Positions 55,931 through 64,000 of a stretch of DNA of 64,000 bases are shown one piece after another. This stretch comes from Camelus ferus (Eukaryota), in contig NC_045696.1 in the NCBI RefSeq assembly GCF_009834535.1, forward strand, positions 62,436,001-62,500,000, in the 5' to 3' direction. The translations under genes were made by a program, and so were the position numbers. Position 1 is the first letter of the stretch. Each line of letters begins with the position of its first letter. The notes beneath the pieces are model-generated. The model was not told where the DNA came from and did not search any database. It was given only the letters and a program-made list of their open reading frames with translations.

Positions 55931-58900
55931 TTCAGATCAGATCTTGTTACTCCTAGGCTTAAATTCTTCCAGTAGCATCCCACTGCCTTAAGATACAAAT
56001 TCCTTAGTGTGGCAGACAAGGTCCTTGGTATCTGGTCACTATTACCTCTGTGCTTTAGTTACATAATTCTCTGTGATTAAAGGTCCTTGGAAAGACTTTC
56101 CTCACCTTCTCTTGGCTCTTACATTTTCAAGATTCCTCATATCTGTAGAGATATGAGAAGCCTTATTTCTTTCCCTAGAAGAAATGACCATCAGAGTATG
56201 AATAGCCCCCGTGCATGCTCCTGGCCCAGAACTTACCACGTTTCCCTCTCTGGTGTGAGCTCTAAGTGGGAAATGCTATTTATTTTACCTGTAAACCACA
56301 GAGCCTGCCATAGGGTTTGGCCAGAGTACATACTCAGTGGATCTTATTGAATGGAAAAAATGAGTGAATGTTGAAATCACCTTAGATGAGGGTGAGTGTT
56401 GGGGTGGAGAACTGTGAGTCAGAGGCTAAAGTCCTAGGTAAACGTCAGAATTAACTAGCTGTATTTTTTAGCCATCGACACCTTCTTTTAGGGAAGTTGC
56501 CTTGTCTAGTCGTCAGCTGTCCTGCATCCCCCATTCTGACCCCTATTCCTGTACAAATGATTAAGTCGAGTGATCCTGCCCTTCTATCAGCTTGCCTGTG
56601 TGACCTGTCATGAAAAGATGAGCTGGGTAAATCGGATTTTCTCCTGGGATCTGGGAATTGGGAAACAGATTAAAGTGATAAGCTCCAGGAGCACAGGTTG
56701 AAAGGCTACATCAAGAATTGTGAAGAAATATATAGCAGAAGTTGCAGAGTGGCCCTGAAACTAATTTTTATGACCTGCAAAATGTTTGCCGATATTTTGA
56801 ATGGGTTGCCAATGTTTGAAAATTGGAAGGTTTCACACTGAAATCTGGCTATTTTGGCATCTCTTGTAAAATTTAAAGGTCTGATATGGCAAAAGCTGAG
56901 TAGTACGCAGGGCACATGCTTCCCCCTTCACCATGGCCTCCCCTACTCCATATGCTTACACCTGGCCAGCTTCATTCTACATTATCTGCTTGGCTCCTAT
57001 AGCCATCTGACAACCAAACTGTTGAAGGAAAAAGCAATGAGGGCTTATATGCAAGCCAAGTTCACAGGGGAACAGAACCCCTAAGGGAGCAGAGAGGAAA
57101 CTGGTGGGAGTTGGGGAGTAGGCAAGAAAGAGAGGATATAGCTGCTAAGAGGGGAAACCAGTTTCCAGAGATGCCTGGGTTCCTGGGCTTGCTAGTTCCA
57201 ATACTTACTTGCCCATGGTTACCCTCATCATAACTCCCTTTTCTTGAGATAATTTGCAAAACAATTAGCCCAGCTAAGGCAGGGTGTTACAAGGAAATTA
57301 GTGGACAACAGCAGTGAAGAAAGACAGTGGTTTAATTAGATGATACTAACCTCAAACAAGAAGATATTCTTGTATGAAGGTGGAATGTAAATTGTAAGTT
57401 CTCAAGAGTTAACACTCTTGCTGACTATATATCTTGGCCCAGAAGGATCAGGGAAGGGAGACTCAACAACCTCTACTCAAGAGGGTATATAGTCAAAAGT
57501 ATTCTCAGAGGAAATCAGAAGCATTCTGGGAAGGGCTATGGGTATGCAGGGTTCCAGAGGGTTTGGAGGAAGGGACTAGGAAGTGTGGGGAGAAGAAATT
57601 TGAAAGAGATTAAATTTTGATCATTTATATCCTTTAAGAGTGTAGAATGACTGAATCTGGCAACTAATTTTCACTATATGTTGAAAAGAGAGGCCTGTAT
57701 TTCAGCAAACAGAGAAGGCTTCCTGAAAGAGGTGGCATTTGAGCTACATTTTAAGGAGGAGATGAATAGGAAATGCTTCTCAGGCAGACAGAGCCACAGC
57801 TGCCAAGGCTGAATTCTAAAGGGAGAATGGGCAGTTTGCAGTTAAAATCTGGTATCATAGGGTCTGAATCACTTAGCAAATTGTTTGTATATCTTGGGGC
57901 CTTGGTTTCTGTTATTATAAGAATAATAATATTGTATTTCTTCTATCCTAAGACTCAGCATTCCTAGCCTATCTCATTTTTAATATTTCTCAATTTAGGA
58001 CATTTCTTAATATTGACACCCCAAAATGCTTGCTTTATCTCAGGGAAAAGAAAAGTAGTGACTATTATCACTAACTGGGTATATACAAATTTAACTATCC
58101 ACAGAAAGATGTTCATTTGATAACTAGCTTAGTTATTTGCATTGATGGTGCCATGTAGTTGAATTTTAACTTGAATCTCCAAGTCACTTTAGGTGTCTTC
58201 CACAATGTTATATTGTACTGAAGCACTGAAACAGTAGGTTATTGTATATACAGATTAGTTGTCAGGCATCAGGAATACAATTAAATGTAGAAATGGCCAA
58301 CTTTCTAAATTGGACATAGAAGCTACAAATCTAGAAGAGATTGCCTTGACCAGCTGAAATATCTGAGGACACTGAACATTTATCTGCCAGTGGTTTCTAG
58401 TTACGAAGAGAAGCTGTGTACATTCTAGGGATATGCAACTCAATTTAAAAAAAAAGAAACCAAGTTTATAACCAAAGAAACGATACGTAACACTTGGATA
58501 TTCTTTGAAATGTGTCAAAATTATGCTGTTAATTTCTAAAGGTGGTAAAGAGATCAAGATATAACCAGGGGTTATGAAAAAAAGCATGCAATCAAGCCAT
58601 ACTTAGCCAGATGGTCAAAAGGGTTTTATATAAGACTTCAGGCAGTGGAAGTGAGAAGACTTACACATAACATTTGATTACGGTACTGAAGAAGAAAGTG
58701 GTGCAATTATGATAATTGTCAGCATTTACTGAATGATTACTATTTGGCACTGTGTTAAGTGTCTTTAGAGTTCTTATCTATTCAGCCTCAGGACCACTCT
58801 ATCAGGATCAGAGGTGTTATCTTCACTTTGCAGTGAGAAAGGTAAGAGGCAAATTGAGGTTTGCCTCCGGACTTCCACTCAGAACCACTAGGCTGTTAGA

Positions 58901-59559
58901 ACATCCTCCCTGTGCATTGTTATGGATATGCCTATACGTTTGAGGTTGGGTTTAAATATATATATTTAATATAATGTATCCATGGTACTTTTTTTTAGTA
59001 ACAATCAACGTCATCTAAGAATCAGAAATATGGGATTGTGGGGTTATTGTGCGGATCAGATGATGAATATCTTACAGTGGCTCCTAGAAAAATCGTGGAT
59101 CAGAGGGCAGGTGTTGCAAGTTGGGGTAAATGAGCCTGATTTTCAGAACCCTATCATCTTAGAACTGGCGAAGGCTACCGACAGAAAGGCGTCAGTAAGG
59201 AGGAATGTCTTCTGTGGTTTTGAGAAAGATCCTTCCACCTGAAACGCCCTACCTCTCATTCTATCTGAATCCTTCTGATCTTTCCATACTACCCCAAATG
59301 CCAGCTCTTTAAGAAAGTAGTCTCCAGTTATAAGAAAATATATGCATAGGAGATATTTCCAAATTATTAAGTGATGAAACCAGTAAGTGAAACATGGATG
59401 TTACTGCTAAAGTTATCCTCGGTCGTCTCCTGGCCTCAGTTTCTCTAAACGCTTCGATGGCTTAGCCTATCTCTTCCATTTATAATTTCTACTCTTTTAT
59501 CATCTTCAGATTTCTGCCACAGCTGCCTTAAGAAGCAATTCTCCTTCCTTAGACCTGCA

Positions 59560-60570
59560 GGCGGCGGCTCCTCCGCGTTGGCAGCTCAGCAGGGCGGGGC
59601 TGGAGAAGCAGGAGAAGAGGCGGGGGCTTCGGGGGAAGCGCGGCGCGCAGCCACGTGACTTCCTTCCCAAGGAGCCTCAGCTGCCGGCCTCCCAGCAACC
59701 GGGGCGTCCCACCTAATGACGCCCACCTATCCTGGTTGGCCTCGGGACGCTGGTGGCAAGGAGGCTCCCACGGTCGCTCCGCTCATTGGCTTGAGCTACC
59801 GTCGCTCAGGCGCGTTGCCCGAGCGCCTACAGGCGGTGCTGCCGGAAGCCCCGCCCATTGGCCGCTGGGTTCGTGGCTGGCTGGCCGAGGCTGTCACTCC
59901 CGGGCGGTTTCCCTGAGGCCGGCGCTCTGCTGGGGGCGGGAGGAAGAGGGGCCGGACTGGGGCCTGACTAGCCGTCGTTGCTACCGCCGTCTTCGCGGCT
60001 ACTATGACCAGCGGGCGAGGCCCCCTCTGCAGCTCCGCGCAGCTCTAGTTGGGGCCGTGCGCCCGCCGTAGCCGTCTGGGTCCCCAGTGCGGCCGCTCCC
60101 GCGGCTCCCTCGGCTCTTTCAGCGCCGCCTGCGAGGCGAGGCGGAGGCAGGATGAAGATGACTGTGGATTTCGAGGAGTGTCTGAAGGACTCGCCCCGCT
60201 TCAGGTAACGCGCGCGGCCTCCCAGCGCCAGCCGGCGTCACCTGGAGCTGCCTCCCCCGGGGGTGGGGGCGTGAAAGCCCGCCCGCAGAAGGCGCTGGGG
60301 GTCCAGCAGTCCGCGCCCTCCGACGGGGCGGGCGGCCGTTGCCGCGTCTCCCTACCCGGCGAGGGCACTGCAGCCCCGATCGACCCTTCCTGAGGGGCGA
60401 GGTTGGACGGGGGAGATGGATGTAGGCTCCTCATCCCACTTCGTCCTCCTCTGCCCGGGGCGGAGCAGCTGAGAGGCTGGGCGCACCCCCTCAGCTTCTA
60501 GGACCTGGGTTGCAGTCGCGTCCCCGAAGGCTCGTGCCCTTTGCGGACGCGCGCTCTCGTCCCCTTCCTC
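59560..60570. promoter_or_regulatory. CpG-island promoter of ACAP2
   Basis: CpG-dense. Contains GC boxes, E-box CACGTGAC at 59652-59659, reverse CCAAT boxes (ATTGG) at 59785 and 59857, and ETS CCGGAAG at 59842. Confidence 0.9.
60152..60204 (+). CDS. ACAP2: ACAP2 (ArfGAP with coiled-coil, ankyrin repeat and PH domains 2) coding exon 1; no further exons recognised in the window
   Basis: MKMTVDFEECLKDSPRF(R) followed by donor AG|GTAACG. Matches the ACAP2 N-terminus and the known PPP1R2-ACAP2 synteny. Confidence 0.95.
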
Positions 60571-63500
60571 TTGCCGCTCATCCTTTCCCCTTCCTTCCGT
60601 TCCTTCTTGGTTTCCACCCCCACCCCAGCTCCTCTTTGAAGGAGCTTGCAGGGCACCCTCCTGCAGTTCACTTAGTTCCTCTTTGCGTTTTTCCGCTCCC
60701 CTTACCCCAGGGAGGAAGGAGTAGGGGGCGAACTGGGACGTTGACTTGTGCTGCTTGCGTGTCGCCTGCAAGGGGGACTCTTAGGAAGCGCTGGCGGTTG
60801 ATTTGCAGGGGAGTCGGGGCTGGGAGTGCTTTGACCAACCGCATTCTATCAACCCTGGTCTGAGGCTACCAGCTTTTCTTTGCACTTAAGCTCTTTGAAG
60901 AAAGGCACCGCTGTCGAGAGGTACTGGGCTGACGGGTGAAGGCTAGGAGAAACTGTGCATTTCTGTTTTGTGAACGGAAGTAGGAGGGCCCTGAAGATTG
61001 CATTTATGTTCCTCTTCCAGCAGCGTTGGCCCGGGAGGGCCCCGATAACAGTCGGATGCTCCCAGTGGATCTGTCATATAAACTGACATGGAGGCACTCC
61101 GATTCACTTGGACTGGCCTCCCTCCCTTGAGAGGCGGCAGTTCAGAGTGTGTCCAGAGTACATCTCTTTCGGTTTCGGGCTTCGTAGGAAACTCTTGAAT
61201 TGTTTTGGAGAATGAGGTTTTGCCAGGTTGTATTTTACAGTGCATTTATAGGGCTGTCCTTTGGCCTTAAAAAAAGAAGACCGTAAAACTTCCGTTGGAT
61301 AGTGACATGTCTTGAAAGCGTCCCCTGAGTATTGATGTGTGTGTGCCCGCTGATCTCTAGGCCAAGCCTGGGTTGTAAATTCTTGCATTCTCAGCCCGGG
61401 GACTAACTGTCCTCATCCTTATCTTGGTTAATTTGATTTGCCATTTTCTTTTCAGTGAAAAGCAAAGAAAACTATTGTAAAACCAAGAAATTCCTACTTC
61501 TAGGAGAACGTCCTTTGATTTTTTTTTTCCTGGTGTGTGTGTGAATTTTATTTGGAGCTTAGGGCTTTGCTTGTAAAAAGGTGCACCTGGTTTGATTTCT
61601 ATTATTGGTATTAGTTTTTTAAACTTTTATGTTGTGCATGATTTAATAAACTCAGAGAATATACAAATGGATTATCCAGTACAGCTTTGCACGTTAAATT
61701 CCAGGACTGTGTGGTAAAGGAAGTAATTTTTAAAGCGTACCTTAGGAAATTCTGCTTTTTGTTGGAATTTTATTAAGGTGGCCCAGGTATTACTGGGTAA
61801 TGATGTAATCACTTTTTTTTTTGGTTTAGAGAATGTTGCTTTGCACTCAGTTTATTTCAGATTTTAAGTTTCTTTAAAAAGAAAAACTTGAGAGAAGTGA
61901 TTTGGAAATGTTTCTAACCACTGGTGTTGATCCCAAACCATGTGCTGTCTTTGTGTTTGAAATAAAGGAATCATTGAATATAAAATAAGAGGGAAAGATA
62001 CTGATTAAGTTGTATGGAATACTATAAGGAGCTTTGTTAAACTTGAATGTAATATCTATTCTATATTAACTAAGATATTAATTTCAAGAGTTGTTTCCAA
62101 TATTCCAGTTACTGTTGGCTGCATATTGGAAAGAGAAACCAAGATTCAGAGAACTCCAATATTTGTATACATTTTGGGGACTAGATTAGATTTACAGTAG
62201 AGACAAGAATGCCAAGAGATAAAAGTCTAGTCATTCACATTACTAAGTTTTAGTTTTTTTAAGAATCCCATTACTGTGTTCATTTCTGTAGCATTTGAAA
62301 AGAATATTTCAGAAGCCTTTTTATTCACGTGCTTTATGTGTAAGAGAAACTTTTAAGAGTGTCCTGCATGTTTATAAGTGATATATGGAATCATTTTATC
62401 AAAGAGAAGATTTGTGAGAGCTGGGTTTGTTTTTTTGGTAGCAAGGCAGCTGCACTGTTTATTCCTTGTAGTATCCTGATCTATTGTGCTGTTTTTGAAC
62501 TAGTTCCTATTTTTATTTTCCTGCACAAATGAATCTTGTGGCATTTAAGTCTGTCTTGTGGACTTAACTGCCTTGGGTGCTGTAGAATTAATGTAAATGG
62601 CAGATCTTGCTCAATGTTCAAGCTTTAACCATTAATTTTCCTGAGACATTGAGAGGAAAACCAGGAGGGAGACTGGTTGAAATAGGGAGAGAAGGATGTT
62701 GCAGTTGCAACATTGTCTTTAGTAATTTGAGTAAAGTCAGTGGTTACTTGTACATTCCCTGAACATTTTGTTTTGTTTTTAGATTGGGAAGGCACATTTT
62801 ATTGTGTAATTTTGGGTTCCCTTAGTTTTAAAAAAAAAAACCCAGTCTAAAGGTCAAAATCTTGTTCATTTAAAATGTACAGAAAGGTAAATGTGTTTAA
62901 GTGTACTTTTTTTTAAGTGGGAATTTTCCACTTTGACCAACACTTGATGAAGAACTTTGAACTTGTTTAGGCCCTAAATTGTATGTGTAGTTGCTCTTTG
63001 AAATTTTATACAATTTTAATAAAAATTGTGGTTTTCCTTTATGTAAACATATGGTTCACTCAGGAAGTGAACATTTTGTTTGAAACAAAAAGTTGAATTA
63101 ATCAGTGCTTTTTGAATTGTAGATTTTTGCTCTAATTCATTGCTCAAATATAAAAATGTTGAGTCTTTATCTGATACATTTATTTTTTATTCTTAACAAT
63201 GTTTATTTTGCACCATTCTGAAGATTTCTTGTTTGTAGATTCTATTTCAGATATGATCCTTGTTCAGTAACTAGGATAAAAATCTTAAAAAGATGCTTTA
63301 GGGTGAAAGGTTTCAATGTGTGAAAGACATTAGAATGAAAAATGTGTACATATTCACACACACACATGCATATAATGTTTTGCTGTTAAGCTGATGCCAA
63401 TCCTGTCTGGGTTGCTACTTTACCTTCCATCTTTAGAACAGATACACTCTGTACTACAACTGGTACTTTATACATGGAAAGTATAGTGGGCAAGGGATGA

Positions 63501-64000
63501 AGCAAAATGTATTTTTATCTCAGAAGTGGTAGATTGGCATTATACTTTTATCATGAACCAAAATACACGAATCCAGTTATTCCTCATTGCAGGTTCTCAT
63601 TCCTCATTTAATGTTGTATCAACTTAAGTTAAAATAAGAAAGAACAAGCTTTTTTAACATGCCAGACCTCATGTTAGATGCTTTTATAGCTCCCATCTCT
63701 TTTAATGTTAAAATGTATTATGATGTGGGAATTATTGTCTTCATTTTTGAAATGTTTAAAAAAAAATCTCAAACTGGATATTTTGAGAAGTTAATTTGAT
63801 TTTCTTAATAGTGGACTTCCAAATGGCAGACTTGGAAGTGAATTCACTCTTTTGCTCTCTCAAGCCACAGGCTTTAATTGCATTAATTAAATTTGCATTG
63901 TTTGTGTATGATGTCTTTTATCATACAGAAATTTGAAAACTGGCTTCTGTGTATTGCCTAGAAATGTTTTTCTATTCCCATTATCAGAGGTTATTTTTCT

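Noticed and set aside
59655..61388. Overlapping ORFs of 66-139 aa around the ACAP2 promoter
   Set aside because: GC-rich artefacts with no recognisable domains.

Overview
Mammalian genomic DNA, probably camelid judging by a young tRNA-derived SINE family, syntenic with human 3q29. The + strand carries the complete six-coding-exon PPP1R2 gene (protein phosphatase inhibitor-2, 206 aa, 14252-33850) behind a CpG-island promoter. It also carries the CpG-island promoter and first coding exon of ACAP2 (60152-60204). Most of the rest is intronic or intergenic, with SINE, L1, L2, L3, MLT1, ERV-LTR and Tigger relics. The main unexpected signal is upstream of PPP1R2 on the minus strand (~12100 to ~5900). 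It is a heavily decayed, apparently intron-poor relic of a class XVI myosin (MYO16/NYAP3-like) gene. Ankyrin-repeat, linker, motor (GERG P-loop), IQ and NYAP-type tail motifs appear in the correct order and near-correct spacing, despite stops, frameshifts and nested transposons. I made that call by manual translation against MYO16 as I recall it, so it needs tBLASTn or HMM confirmation.
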